64,000 nucleotides of DNA. Origin: Eukaryota sp. TZLM1-RC. Taxonomy: Eukaryota > Protista > Metamonada: BaSk clade. Both the position numbers and the translations under genes were made by a program. A model generated the notes under the pieces. The model had not been told where the DNA came from. It saw only the letters and a list, made by a program, of their open reading frames with translations, and searched no databases. Numbering within the stretch: position 1 is the first letter of the stretch; every line of letters begins with the position of its first letter. The stretch is from contig JAUPSS010000001.1 in NCBI GenBank assembly GCA_040285825.1, positions 3,162,001 to 3,226,000 of the forward strand. Reading direction: 5' to 3'. Below are positions 1 to 12,473 of this stretch, in pieces.

Positions 1-734
1 GCAGTTCACCAAATAAATAATAATAATCTATGTTGTGCTTTGTTCTCAATAGCCTTTGATAAGATCAGTAATGCCAACAGTTACAGTCTAATATTAATAG
101 ATAATGTTAGTCAGTATCAACAAAACAGTAAGAGAGGATTCAATACTGATCAGACAAGTATTTGTGCCATTGTGTCTCTATAATTAGCTTCCAAGTGATT
201 TGAATATTCAAACAATCCCACTATGTTGCCATAAGACATATATGCTAGCTGAAAGTGTTAATTTTATTCAACACTAATCTATATAAACTAAGGTACTCAC
301 TAGTGAGATACCTACAACTAAACACTATGTACTTTGGCATCTTGTTTGATTTCCGGTCAATCATCTTTATTTGATGAAAATCATGAATCAAACACAAAAA
401 CACTTGACGCATTGTACATCAATCATTCATTTTGCAATTGATTGATGTTGATGTTGATCAAGACTGATTAACATTTTCTTGATCAATTACTGATTTCTGC
501 AACAATATGATTTTATACTTGAAATGTTGTAAATAAATTTTAAGAAGACAAATTGAATAAGACTTGCTGGTCTCATTATCAAACAATGTTGAAGTTAATT
601 GACATATCTCGAAGTGCTTTCCCTTTTTTCTCAAAATTTAATTAATACAAACAGAAACTAATAAACAAACTTGAAAACCCAAATCAGCCGAAAGGAATTG
701 ACTGGCAGTTTTTCCTTCATCATAACCAAGAGAC

Positions 735-955
735 AATCAAGCAAAAGACAAAAACGGGACAACATTTTCAAAAATTGAAAACACAATTCAGTTTTGCCAA
801 AACGTTCTGTCAAAAATTCTTCCTGTACGTTGTTTTACCATCTCAACAAAATCATTCAAGAAGGATAAAGCAAGTGGCTCAAGCGTGCCATGTAGGGAAA
901 AGCAAATGGACAAAGGACATAAAGAGTATGCGATTCAGTATTCAAGGATAACAAT
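735..955 (-). mobile_element. CRE-clade non-LTR retrotransposon 3' fragment (family D), degraded
   Basis: Nucleotide similarity to 26740-26980 (e.g. aaggataaagcaag..gcgtgccatg..gaaa, gagtatgcgattc); encodes decayed 'YVLCPFAFSLHGTL..LALSF' endonuclease tail. Boundaries approximate. Confidence 0.7.
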
Positions 956-1324
956 TTGATGGAGCTCAGATTCCTTTTATTAATTATGACCAACAAGCGT
1001 TCAAGTTTCTTCGATGTTGGCTTGGTAATTTGGATGAAATTTATTCAATGTATGAAATATCTGATTAGCAACTGATGGTTCAATGAAGATCCATTTTCAA
1101 AAGACTTAGCACTCAGAACATAAAAAAATTCATACTCTTTGTGAATACAATGATTGTGATTTTGAATGTTGAGCATAACGCTCAACCAATGTAAACAAGA
1201 AAGAAATTTGTACAGTGAAGATTGCTATTCATATCAATTCGGAGACCAATTTTGGTAAATAATTCATTCAAGATTGCTATTTGAATTGAAGAAGAATTTG
1301 TTTTAAAAATTTGAATTCCAATCT

Positions 1325-2181
1325 ATGCGGGGCAACACTCCTATCAAGGTCTCTCCTCAACTTAAAGGTATCCTTGGTGAACTCTGTGTGAAAGCTATAG
1401 AGAATGTTGATGATTCAATTCGTTCAGATGTTGTCAAACTTCTTAAACTAGTTCAAAAAGCACATTGGGACTACATGGATAACTACTGGCCTAAACACAA
1501 GAATCTTCCACCTTTGACAAGGTTCTTCCAATTCGCTAAAACCAGTATAGTTCTTCATCTTTTCTTCTCACTCCAGTTCATACCGTGTCACCGACACTAC
1601 AACAATGCATCACCAATTGGGACAAAGCTCAGAAGAAATGGGCTCACTATAATGCCAATTGTGCCCGAGTAAAGCTGATACTCCTCAACCAAGAGAGAAG
1701 TCGTTTTCTCATGGTCAAGTCAACCAGAGGCAATCCCGACTTTGTTGGTGGCAAACTAAATGAAGAAGAAACTCCCATAGACTGTATTATAAGAGAAGCC
1801 GAAGAAGAACTTGGTGTTGATGTTGCGCCTTTCATGTCGGAGGACCGTCATCATGAACATAACGACAATCACTTTTTCATAGGTCTTGATTTTGATGAAT
1901 CGACTCATTTATCTCCCATTACGAAGGGCGAAATTTCAGGGTATGAATGGGTTGAGGTTTCCAAGCTTCCTCAATTCATCGTTCAACCTCCCAGGAATGC
2001 TGAGTTCTTAATTCCTGTATTCCAGTACCTGTTGGCGTTTCTAAGTTCTGAGGCAGTAGTTGATGATGTTGCAGAAGTTGTAGAGGATGATTTTGATTGT
2101 TTGATTGATAGAATTCAAAATTATCAAATTGACTGTCAACATGCGTTATCAGTTTTTAGAACAAAGCTTGCAGCATTTTAA
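1325..2181 (+). CDS. DCP2: mRNA decapping enzyme Dcp2 (Box A + Nudix), 2 exons; intron 1545-1576
   Basis: Box A-like 'VQKAHWDYMD'; Nudix box GGKLNEEETPIDCIIREAEEELG; 'GEISGYEWV'. A 32-nt intron (GTATAG...CTCACTCCAG) joins the two ORFs in frame (KTI/HTVSPT). Confidence 0.85.
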
Positions 2182-2520
2182 TTTCTTTATTACACTATTC
2201 ACCAATTAAAACCAACCAAATTGACTGGAGAAAAATGGCTCACTTCACTGTCTCTTCTTTGCCAGTTTCCTGCTCATTTAAGGCTGAATAGTGTTTGTTT
2301 TTGACCTTTGAAACTTGAAGATTTCTGTTGAAAGTTACAACTAATTTTCTGAAAGACAACTAGTTTACGTTCAAATCATGTTGATTCTATTTTACTTTTG
2401 TAAGAGATAATTGTGACTCTTACATCCATTTAAAATTATTACAGTTATTTTTTTGGTTAGATATGATTTTTCTTCAATAAATTGATCACCTTGTTATGCT
2501 ATTCAATGAAATTTATTTTT

Positions 2521-2580
2521 TATTCTTTATCTATCTATCTATCTATTTATTTATTTATCTATTTATTTATTTATTTATTT
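2521..2580. repeat. (TATC)n/(TATT)n microsatellite
   Basis: Directly visible tetranucleotide runs. Confidence 0.8.
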
Positions 2581-2945
2581 AAATATTTAATTTATTTGTT
2601 TAAATAATTTTCAAATAAGTTAATTAAACCTACAACTTTTCTTGTAATGGCTTTAGAAATTAAATCTGAAAAATTTTCTTTTCATTAATTTGCCAATAAA
2701 ACGTCCTCAACATCACCTGTGATGGCGGGTCTGACATACAAGATCTTTTCTCTGGTGAATCTCTTTCCCTCAGCTCTGACACATTGAAGTTTTAAAAATT
2801 GTACGTTCATTATCAGAATTTGTAAATTCACCACTCTTTTTTTATGTATTGTGTTTTTATTGTGTTTTTATTTCACCACTCTTCAGTAGAAGTACACACT
2901 ATGAAAAATTGAAATGAAATATCGTAAATTAGATTCCTGATTTAT

Positions 2946-4331
2946 TCAAAAGAGTTCAGCAAGAGCTTCTTCAGAACTAAAATCTGGGATTATTCCACTC
3001 AATGTTGGCTCGTTATTTGCATTAATAATAAAATATCTGGGAAAAATATACTTACTGTCTCGCACAACATAGTGTCGACTGTTACCTCTTCTGGTATAGT
3101 CGAACCCATTATTCGAGGCAATCTGGCAGGCAACAATTGCTGAGCCAGAAGGTAAAAGGTCATTGCGGCTAGTGAATTTTTTACCATAAATACGAGCTAC
3201 TGAAGGGAATGGCGAAGCATACACTCCATAACCTAAGATTCGACCATGACGTTGAAGAGAAGTTCCACTGAGATTGAGTAGGGACTGATTTCGTCCAATG
3301 ATTCTCCACCAACAACCTGCAGGCGATCCGTGAAACGTCCAAACATATCCGTTTTGTGCAAGACGTTGAAATTCAACTTCCCGTTTCGGATCCACTGCAG
3401 ATAATAGAAATTGAGTCCCTCCCAGAGATCTATGGTAGTATCTACTTGTCTCTGGAATGTGAGCAATTAAAGATCTATTAGTGGCTATAATCCAGCGTAA
3501 CAAGCGTAGTCTCTTCTCCCCCAATACCTTCCTAAGCTGATTCTCGTGTGTTAGGGATTGGTAATGGGTGATTGGATTAATAGACTTGATTTCATGCGCT
3601 ATGTCCTCATATGCTATCGGTTCATTTGCGAAGTCCGTTGGACAGTTTTCAAATAACCTCTCTTTATCACGATCTGTCACAGCATTTAGAGCGAATGTTA
3701 GCAGCAGCTCTGTGACTTGTGGGCTCTTTTGTATGAATGCTAGAACCGAGAAACCTACACCAAGCTCAGTAAAACTGAATGAACAAGCATCGTTATCACA
3801 GTATGTCAATCTTATGGAAAAAATACCCACCAGTGGCTGATCACACACTGCACAGCTTTCAAATAGATTTCTAAAGCACATTTTTACCAAAGGTTCAACA
3901 CCGCCAAAAAAATCTTCGCTCAGTCCTGATTTTGAATAAAGATCTCTCAAAAGAGGTGTAAGTCGTATGCACATGATGTGAGAAACACCACATGAGGTTT
4001 TTGAACGTGTGCGGGGGTGAAATAGTGAAGTATGGTGAGCAGGCAGATCTAAATAAATACTGATCATGTCAGTGAGATGATGGATTCTTCTGTGCAAAGC
4101 AGTGAGATACCTTTGCACTGGTATTTCAACCTCGATTTGGACGAAGTCATGGTAATAAGAGGGGGGTATTTTGAATTCAAAGTTCATGTACACTGCATAT
4201 CGTGTCCAAGACAGACTATCTGTGGCGAAACCTCCATTGAAATGGTAGGATTGAATCCCACATTCTTCAGGAGTTACAGAATCCTCACTGCCTCCAAACA
4301 GTTCGAATCCTTCCAGTTCATCATTAGTCAT
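2946..4331 (-). CDS. PARP6/PARP8-like mono-ADP-ribosyltransferase
   Basis: C4 motif CAVCD...YCDNDAC-SF, then PARP catalytic motifs FHGS, 'LLNLSGTSLQRHG..LGYGVY' and 'YVV', with no catalytic Glu; this is the PARP6/8/16 pattern. Confidence 0.8.
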   Translation of the reverse strand: MTNDELEGFELFGGSEDSVTPEECGIQSYHFNGGFATDSLSWTRYAVYMNFEFKIPPSYYHDFVQIEVEIPVQRYLTALHRRIHHLTDMISIYLDLPAHHTSLFHPRTRSKTSCGVSHIMCIRLTPLLRDLYSKSGLSEDFFGGVEPLVKMCFRNLFESCAVCDQPLVGIFSIRLTYCDNDACSFSFTELGVGFSVLAFIQKSPQVTELLLTFALNAVTDRDKERLFENCPTDFANEPIAYEDIAHEIKSINPITHYQSLTHENQLRKVLGEKRLRLLRWIIATNRSLIAHIPETSRYYHRSLGGTQFLLSAVDPKREVEFQRLAQNGYVWTFHGSPAGCWWRIIGRNQSLLNLSGTSLQRHGRILGYGVYASPFPSVARIYGKKFTSRNDLLPSGSAIVACQIASNNGFDYTRRGNSRHYVVRDSKYIFPRYFIINANNEPTLSGIIPDFSSEEALAELF

Positions 4332-5212
4332 TTATACACTCAGAAGATTTGGAGCAACTGTAAATGTAGAATTGAACAAATTGTGAGTCAGATATTGATC
4401 TGCACTAGTCAGCAGTAGTAGGCACTGTGGTAGTTATCATCAACTTCTTCTCCTGCATTAATACCACAGCATAGCTGTTGAATATATGAATTATGTTTTT
4501 TGATTTATGATATTGTTGCTGGAAGGCATAATTGCAAACTCTATGTTAGAATGTGCTGTATTAGGGGAATTATCATAAAGATAAATTTATTTAGACCTAT
4601 ACTATATTGAGGTACTCACTGATGAGATACCTACAATATACAGAAATAATTAATGTTTCAAATTAGATATCTGTTAATGCCACTGACAGTGAAAACATGG
4701 TGTTTGGGCTGCTATAGATTGTGGTTAAGGTTCTTACTACTCTTGATGGCTGTGTTTATTCAGTGAATGTAGATAATTGAATAGTTTCAGTATGACTGGC
4801 AGTTTTGGGCATCTAACAAAAAATTTGCGAAAGCGGGATTCTCTTTTATCTTGCTAAATTCAGTACATCTAGGGCACCTTTTTCATGTAACTCATTCCTA
4901 AACTAGACTTGTAGTGATAGCTACATACTGAGGACTTTTAAGAGAACTGCTATTGTACAATACTTGTAATAAGCCGTTGATTCTATTTTCACTCATTTTA
5001 TCAACACCCAATAATAGCATTTTGTAACAATGGAGTCACAGAATTGATATTTACTGCTACGTTTTGCCACCTACTGTTCTCCCAGAAAAACTCAATTGAG
5101 CAGAGCAAACTTTAAATAATAATACAAAAATTTATTAAATCAAAAAATGATTCTTTGAAAATCATTGAAATTTACACATTTACAACACGAAATATTAATA
5201 AAACAAAAAAAC

Positions 5213-6607
5213 CTACAACTTCAGCAATGAATGGTATTTACTGGCAAACTTAGCACTATTACCCCCACCCAAACCACCCAAACCACTTTTTTTCTTAGTT
5301 TTTGGCACCAGTGAACCAAATGCCGAAAGACCTTCTTTTTTCTTAATATTTTGTGGTTTTCCATAAATGCTCCTAGCAAGCACTTTGTTTTGATTCACTG
5401 CTGGAAGGGAAGGGTAAACAGAAAGGGGTACCGTCATTGTGTTTAGTATTTTTGACTGTGTGACTGTCTGGTTGCTGGGCTTTAGCTTGACTTCTAATGA
5501 CTTCTTGACCTCATTTGACCTTGCATATTGCTGTTTTGGTTGCTCAGTCTTCTTTTTTCTAACCAATTCTGACCGTTTCTCATTATTTTTGACTTTATCT
5601 TGAACTTCACTGGACCTTTTACCATCATTACCAATCTTTGGAAGCACAAATTCACCTGTATTCTCTTTCCGTCCACTACTTTCATGCTTGACTTCTCGAG
5701 ACTTCAGATCACCAAACCAAGCATGGCGCAACGCTTGCTTGGCAGTTATTCTATCCTCAGGTAAATAAGCTAGCAATTTCGTGATTAAATCAACACATCC
5801 TGCTGAAATTCCTGGTAATAAAGGTTCCAAGCCACAGCCTCGTTGCAGGGAAAAATTCCAATGTTGAATATGAGAACCTTTCTTTTTGAACCTATTTATT
5901 ATAGCAGGAGAAGGTGTCCCTAGAACAGAATGAATTCTGGTTATTTGATCAAACTCATCCTTACCGGGAAATAGTGGTTTTGAGGTAAGAATTTCGAATA
6001 ATATGCAACCCAACGCAAAGAGATCCATTTTGTAACTATAATGGCCATCTGTCAGTAGACATTCTGGAGCTCTGTACCATCGTGTAGATATGTATTCTGT
6101 GAAGGGTGGTTGAGAATGAAGAGTGCGACAGGAGCCAAAGTCGGCAAGCTTGACTGTTATGGACGTCGATTCAGGCGTTATCAATATATTCTCTGGTTTA
6201 AGATCTCTGTGGAAGAAGCCATGTTCATGCGTGTATGTGAGGGCCCGAAGAACTTGGTAGCAGATGAGTCTACATCGGGTTTCAGGGAGAGGTCGCTCCC
6301 GATGTTTTATGTACTCATAGAGGTTACATTGACAGTACTCAAAAACAAGAAATAGTTCGCTGTTGTCTAGCACGATATCGTGAAGTTTCACTATGTTGGG
6401 ATGGCTTAAACGCTTAAGACAGCGGACTTCTTTTAATGAAGCACAATCAGCCCAAGAAGAGTACTTTGCCTTCATGTGTTTGATGGCAACAACTTGCCCA
6501 GTTTCAGTATGGACTCCTTGATGAACAGAACCAAAGGTACCCTCGCCTATTTGTTTAACAATCTTCCATCTATTAGATATGGTGGTACTCGAAGTGCCTT
6601 TCGGCAT
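5213..6607 (-). CDS. MOK: RCK-family Ser/Thr kinase, MOK/RAGE-like
   Basis: GEGTFG, VAIK, HRDLKPEN, DFG; 'PPFTEYISTRWYRAPECLLTDGHYSYKMD' is characteristic of MOK; basic low-complexity tail. Confidence 0.85.
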   Translation of the reverse strand: MPKGTSSTTISNRWKIVKQIGEGTFGSVHQGVHTETGQVVAIKHMKAKYSSWADCASLKEVRCLKRLSHPNIVKLHDIVLDNSELFLVFEYCQCNLYEYIKHRERPLPETRCRLICYQVLRALTYTHEHGFFHRDLKPENILITPESTSITVKLADFGSCRTLHSQPPFTEYISTRWYRAPECLLTDGHYSYKMDLFALGCILFEILTSKPLFPGKDEFDQITRIHSVLGTPSPAIINRFKKKGSHIQHWNFSLQRGCGLEPLLPGISAGCVDLITKLLAYLPEDRITAKQALRHAWFGDLKSREVKHESSGRKENTGEFVLPKIGNDGKRSSEVQDKVKNNEKRSELVRKKKTEQPKQQYARSNEVKKSLEVKLKPSNQTVTQSKILNTMTVPLSVYPSLPAVNQNKVLARSIYGKPQNIKKKEGLSAFGSLVPKTKKKSGLGGLGGGNSAKFASKYHSLLKL

Positions 6608-7920
6608 AAGGATAGAAGTAATAAATTTAGATTATGTTGGATGTCGAGTCAACTTTTATACAAGGTTCGGAATTGTTCCCACCTACCACCATGAGGCACC
6701 GCGTGGTCCACATAGTGGTAAAATTGAACCACAAGATGGTGCATTTTTGAGCCTATAAAATGCTGTTGCTTTCTGACATGACAAATCATTATGAATAAAA
6801 CATGTTTATTTCCACTAACAAATACTAAACCCATAACTCAACTATCGAACGAAAGAAGCATTTGAGATCGATCATATTATTCCTCGTCAATGTCCTCCGA
6901 AACATAATGATTTCTGAAATAACAAGGATCGGTAGGACTTCCTCATCCAGTGAATAATCTGCTTCTTGATCCTGCTCGTTGACTGCCTCTGCAACTTCCT
7001 CCATCTCTTCCGTCATTTTTACTATTTTAGCATTCATCCATTTGAATACAAGTCAACTATGGTATGTAGGCGTCCTTTCGAATATTCCACTTCATCATAA
7101 GCATTATTAGGGGAAATGTATTCAAATACAGGGTGTTTGTACCAGGCAATGGTATTTGGAACAAAGAAGGGAGAAAGGAATATTGAAATGAAATTGACCA
7201 CCAAGAGAACCAACATGGTGGCACCAACCACCATGTGGTGGTGTCCGATCATTGCTTTTATAAACTGACTACTTCTGTCTCCAACACCTATATTCAGTTT
7301 GAAATTAAGTTCATTCAGTTTTCAAACATTTTAACATGATACTGGGACCCTTCTCACCAGCAAAAAATATAACAGTCCTCACGTTGAAGTTTGGGTCACA
7401 TCATGTGAGGCCATTTCTGATTTAACATGTTTTTTTAAAATCATCAGTCAATTTTGACGCAAATGAAATACCACATCTCAGTTAATGTTTACAATATTTT
7501 GGAATCTTCAATGAGTAAGAGATTCAAATAACTTCCTTATTGAACAGAAATAGAGCAAATTTGGCTATTGTTTATTGTTGATGTAATTGAAATTATATCT
7601 TTAAACAATCTGTCAATTTCTAGCTGAAGATTCGCTGATTCCACTAGAAATCAATAAACGCTGTTGCTGATGGAAGTCTTTTCCACTCAATGTAATTTTC
7701 TTATGAACATTTAATGTGGAGTATTCTATTTTTTGCATAAAGATTTTTAAGAATTTGTTCTTATGGATTGGTGCAAATCAACCAAAAGGTTTAGTAAAAT
7801 TGGAGTACAAAGCCCAAGTAAAAATAAATAAAAAAAAGTAAAAATAAAATTAACGAGACTTTGTTATCATATTCTTTTAAAATTTCATGATCGTGTTCGC
7901 ATTTAAATTTACAACCTTCT

Positions 7921-9101
7921 GTGCTTTTTTGTAGCACAGATCTGGGAGGCCTGGATTTTCACAGATCAAAATATTTGTGTAAAGCCGCATTCATCAGTGG
8001 AGAAAAAAATTTCGTTTTTGACTTTTTGAAACGTTTTCCTGAAAACCTGCATTTAATAGAATGTTGTGTTAGTGACTATTTGGTCTCCTTGCAGAGTGAA
8101 ATTGAATACATCTCTCCTCACATATGGTCCAAATGCTTTCCTGCTGATATTCAAGAAATTCCATCCAGGAGTTTGATTTCCTTCAAATTTGCATATGCTA
8201 AATTGCAGAAAAAGATATTAAAAATTTTTGAAAACTTGGATTTTACTGTTCGTCTTAGCTTGGCTAAGGAAAAGAATCCCGTTTTTGCAAACTTTTTAAT
8301 TGACCTCAAGAATAGTAGCTCAAGTTGTCTTATTTCCCAGATTCCAAATGTATATGGTCTATTATTAAATGATCATCAATGGACAACTGCATTCAAGATG
8401 AGATGTTTTCTGTGGCCATGTAGTGTGCCAAATGATTTGATTTGTCGTTGTGGTCAGCTCATTAATCTGAATCATTTATTGAATTGCAAATTTAATATTA
8501 CATATCGCTCAGTTGTTCACGATACTGTTAGAGACCAACTATACGCAATGTGCAAACGTCATCACATCGAAGCTTTTGTTGAACCACTTGTGCGAAGGTT
8601 GTCATCTGAAAATGAAGATGAAAATAATTTTGTTAAACGCCGTGCTGATTTAATTACCTCTGCGTCTGATGGTGTTAGTAAAGTTGTTGATGTTGTTACT
8701 GTTGATGTTTGTAAAGACTCAGCAATTGATTTTGCTAAAAGAGACGAAACTCCACTTTGCTTTGCTGAAAAGAGCAAAATCAAAAAGTACAATGAACCCT
8801 TATTGTAGCTAGGACGCATTGAGCATGTGAAGTATCAGTTGGTTCCATTTGCTGTTTCTCTTTTTGGTAACATTGGAATATCTGGCATTAAATTTCTTGA
8901 AGGTTTCAGAAGTTTAATAAAAGAAAGAGCAGGAAAAGAATTGAATTTCAATTTCTGGCACAATAGAATTGTTTTTAGTATTCTTAAAGCAATTCCAGAA
9001 ATGTTGACCAAAGCACTATTACAATTAGGAATAGAGTATGAAAATCGCGCGCTGAAATGATTTGATGATGTTGATGCGTGTATTGAGGATATTGAGTTCT
9101 A
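7921..9101 (+). mobile_element. CRE-clade non-LTR retrotransposon, 5'-truncated (family C)
   Basis: 'LGGLDF' post-RT motif, CRC..HLLNC zinc knuckle, 'HDTVRD', REL endonuclease 'RRADL..VDV..AEKSKIKKY..PFAVSLFG'; internal stops. Confidence 0.85.
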
Positions 9102-9471
9102 GTTTTTTGTTTAATGTTTTGTTAGCGTTGAAAATAAATTTCAAAAAAAACCTTCGTAAGAGAACCTTTTTGAGTCTTTTCCACAGATTGATCTGCATAT
9201 GGATGAAACTGCAGAACAAACTATTGAACTTAAATCATTAGAAACTTAAAACATTTATGGTGTACTGACATTTAGACAAATCCTGAAATTGAGTACAAAC
9301 AAAAGGTGGACAATTTTAGATTTCTAACCACACTTTTGAACATCAAAAAAACAACACCAAACACAGATTAGTCAAGAAAGACCATCAATTTATCACCAAT
9401 TTCATTCTAAATTCTGAATGATCAGAAATGGATAGTCAAATTCATTTTTTAGAAGAAAAATTAACAAAATT

Positions 9472-9997
9472 TTTTTTACAAAATTTTAATTTTATTCAAA
9501 ACCTATAAATCAACATCTAAATAATCCATCTCTCCCAGAACAAAAAAACTAGATGCAACTCTCTCATAGCGAGATTCAGGAGAAAGCAAAGCATCAGAAA
9601 CCATCTTCAACATACCCTTAAAAATAGAAAACACAATTCTATTTTGCCAAAACAATCTGTTGAAATTTCTCCCAGTTCTTTTCTTGACAATCAATTCAAA
9701 ATCATCCAAAAAACGTAAAGCAGTTGGTGCAAGAGAACCAAAAAGGGAAAATACAAATGGATACAAATTGTATTTTGCATGCTGTAGACTAGCCAATTTG
9801 GACAAAGGTTCATTGTATTTTTTGAGTTTGAAATTTTCAGCATTTGAAAGAGGATTATGAATTTCAGAATTGACAAGCCTTTCATTTGAGGCATTACAAG
9901 GATCAACAGACATTACATCCAATAAAATGAAACTTCCATCTAATCCAGGTAATATAACATCACCTCTATTATTCTTATGAAAATCATCTTCAGCATC
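9472..9997 (-). mobile_element. CRE family A 3' fragment (~525 bp) with A-tail and 17-19 bp TSD
   Basis: Nearly identical to the 3' end of 46159-48560; flanked by direct repeat AAGAAAAATTAACAAAATT at 9453-9471 and 9998-10016; T-run at 9470-9477 is the A-tail. Confidence 0.9.
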
Positions 9998-10016
9998 AAG
10001 AAAAATTAACAAAATT

Positions 10017-10884
10017 AGGTCACATTAAGGAAATTGAGAGTCAAAAGACAAGAGTTCTTCAAAGCCACCTGACGCTTCTGTTAAAAAAGATGCTATCACA
10101 ATTATCACTGTAAGTATTGCGGAGTTTGACTCAAATCTATCGCAATTGGGTTACTAAGCAGAAACGTATTCATGTGGCTTCCACCGATTTTAATATCCTT
10201 TCTATTGTTACTGATGATTCTTCAGAAACTTTTATTCATTCTATTTTGACGAACTTCCAATGATCTACAATTTTGATAATTGCTTAATTAAGTATCAACC
10301 AGACTACCTTGCTGGACATAACATGAAACAGTTTGACTTACCATCTTTGAGAAGTGGCTTTATCCTTTATGACAAGGATAAATTCAAAACAGAATATTTA
10401 TCAAAACCATTAAATGATATTTTGAATCCATTTATTGAAGATGTGGCAAATATCAAAAAAATTGATACTCTTCAATTATGTAACAATTTCTGTCTATGAG
10501 GTACTCGAAATAGTTTATCTGATGTTGCTTCGTGTTTGCTAAAAAAACAAGGTAAGCATGAACTTATTGGCCAAGCAAAAACCCAGTCCAGCATGGAAAT
10601 TAAAAATGTTCGAAGCCATTGCCAATGCCTGATCTTCTAGAGACGAAGAAATGTTTCACTATTGTCCTCAAGATGCTCTTTTGGTTTTCGAGACTATTAA
10701 CTATTTCTTGAATCCTGATACCCAAAAACTATTACAGTTAACTTCAATGAAAATTATCAAATGTGGACTCAGAAAATTATTTCCTGACCTAAATGTTCAA
10801 TCAGTTGTTCAAAAGTTGGTGGTTAATATTGACAAATTTGTACGAATGACATATTTATTACTCAAATTGAATTACTTTTTTTGA
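10017..10884 (+). pseudogene. Family B DNA polymerase 3'-5' exonuclease domain relic
   Basis: Across frameshifts and stops: 'PDASVKKDAITII' (post-ExoI), 'YQPDYLAGHNMKQFDLPSL' (ExoII), 'IDTLQL', 'SLSDVA', 'YCPQDALLV' (ExoIII). Confidence 0.7.
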
Positions 10885-10936
10885 ATACTAATCTTTAATT
10901 TACCGAATAAAAAATAAAAAATCATCATATACACAA

Positions 10937-11300
10937 CTAGAGCTCAACATCCTCGAAATCTGCCTCTCCTACATCAAAACAATTAATTGCTAAAGATTCA
11001 GAAAAATTCCCAAAAGAAGAGAGTGAATCAGAAATTAATTTCACCATTCCCTTAAAAATAGAAAATACAATCCTGTTCCAACAACTATATGTTGTTTGGC
11101 AGATTTTGAGATGATAGTAAAGAGAAGAACTAACAGAAATTTCAACAGATTGTTTTGTCAAAATAGAATTGTGAAAAAAAAACACTCTCTTATAGTGAAA
11201 TCCAAGAGAAAGCAAAGCATCAGAAACCAGCTTTAACATCCTCTTGAAAATAGAAAATACAATCCTCTCGAGTAAACTCGATTGAAAATTCTTCCAGTTC
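10937..11300 (-). mobile_element. Two stacked CRE 3'-end fragments
   Basis: 'RIVFSIFK.M.KL.SD.L' C-terminal motif occurs twice. Confidence 0.7.
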
Positions 11301-11405
11301 TGAATTGCATTACATGAATTGCTTTTTCAAACAAGAGGAAAATATATTCATATTCCAGTAATCTCAACGGGTTACTACTATTTGACATTTTTGTGCTATT
11401 AGCCA

Positions 11406-12473
11406 ATGTCTTATGTTCCTCTCAATTTGGGTTCCATATACGATCACTCATGTCTATCCAACATCTCCCTCCCTGACTTCACTGTTGGTCATGGTGATGA
11501 GGCGATTACCGACCAATTTCAACTCATACATTCTCATCCGAAAACAGCTTTAGACAATCTTTTCACAGCACTTAAACGTCCTAGCTCCATACCATTGGCC
11601 TCTACACCTTCAAACATTGTCACCCTATCAAAAGTCGCCATTAATAATCCTGATATTCTTCATTTAGTCATCAGGGTTTTTGATCTACTTTCTCAGTCCC
11701 CCACCACACTCTCCTTCTGTTGCGTCGCTCCTTTCACCGATTTTGTTCATTCGGTGCTTGGCCAGGGGGATGCTGATTCATGTAGGGGTATCTTGAACTT
11801 ACTGGTCAATGTTTCCAATAATTCTAGATTTGCTCCTGATTTGAAATATCTATTTGAGCGAGCTCAGCTTGAAAAATTTATCTTGACGGACTCAATGAAG
11901 AACTCTTATGATCTCTTTTTAAAATTTTCAGGAAATTGCGTTTATCACTCTGTTTGCCAAGAACAAGTTTTTGGTTGTTTTGAATTAATTCATGATGATC
12001 TTTTTTCTTTATTAATCAGCAGTGCTTGTGAAAAGTTATTAATGGAATATTTTAAATTAATTTCTCTATTTGGAATAAGCAAAATCAAAAAAATAATTCT
12101 TAGTTTAAATAATCTTGATCAATTATTCGGATTAATTCATAACAGTACGGAATTTGTTCAAAATTTGGTATTTCAAATTTTAGGCATATATTCTCTTGAT
12201 GTACAGCTAAAACTTTCAATTATGAAATTTTCTTTTTTCAAGGACTCCTCTACTGTTTATGAGTGGGGTATATCTATTCTTAAATCTGCAAATAAGGAAC
12301 TTGTTTCTAGTCTGTTGGTTTTGTTTTGTAATTTATTAGAAGTCAAAGAAACCAGAATTGTTTTTAAAAAAGTTGTTGAATTTATTATCAATAGAAAGGC
12401 AATATGGGGAATTCATCCAGAATTAACCTATATTTGTGAAACTATCATTGAATTGTATAATTTTAAAGCGTGA
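11406..12473 (+). CDS. Hypothetical alpha-solenoid (ARM/HEAT-like) protein
   Basis: Intact 355-aa ORF with Leu-rich amphipathic helices ('GILNLLVNVS', 'LVFQILGIYS', 'LLVLFCNL'). Confidence 0.55.
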   Translation: MSYVPLNLGSIYDHSCLSNISLPDFTVGHGDEAITDQFQLIHSHPKTALDNLFTALKRPSSIPLASTPSNIVTLSKVAINNPDILHLVIRVFDLLSQSPTTLSFCCVAPFTDFVHSVLGQGDADSCRGILNLLVNVSNNSRFAPDLKYLFERAQLEKFILTDSMKNSYDLFLKFSGNCVYHSVCQEQVFGCFELIHDDLFSLLISSACEKLLMEYFKLISLFGISKIKKIILSLNNLDQLFGLIHNSTEFVQNLVFQILGIYSLDVQLKLSIMKFSFFKDSSTVYEWGISILKSANKELVSSLLVLFCNLLEVKETRIVFKKVVEFIINRKAIWGIHPELTYICETIIELYNFKA

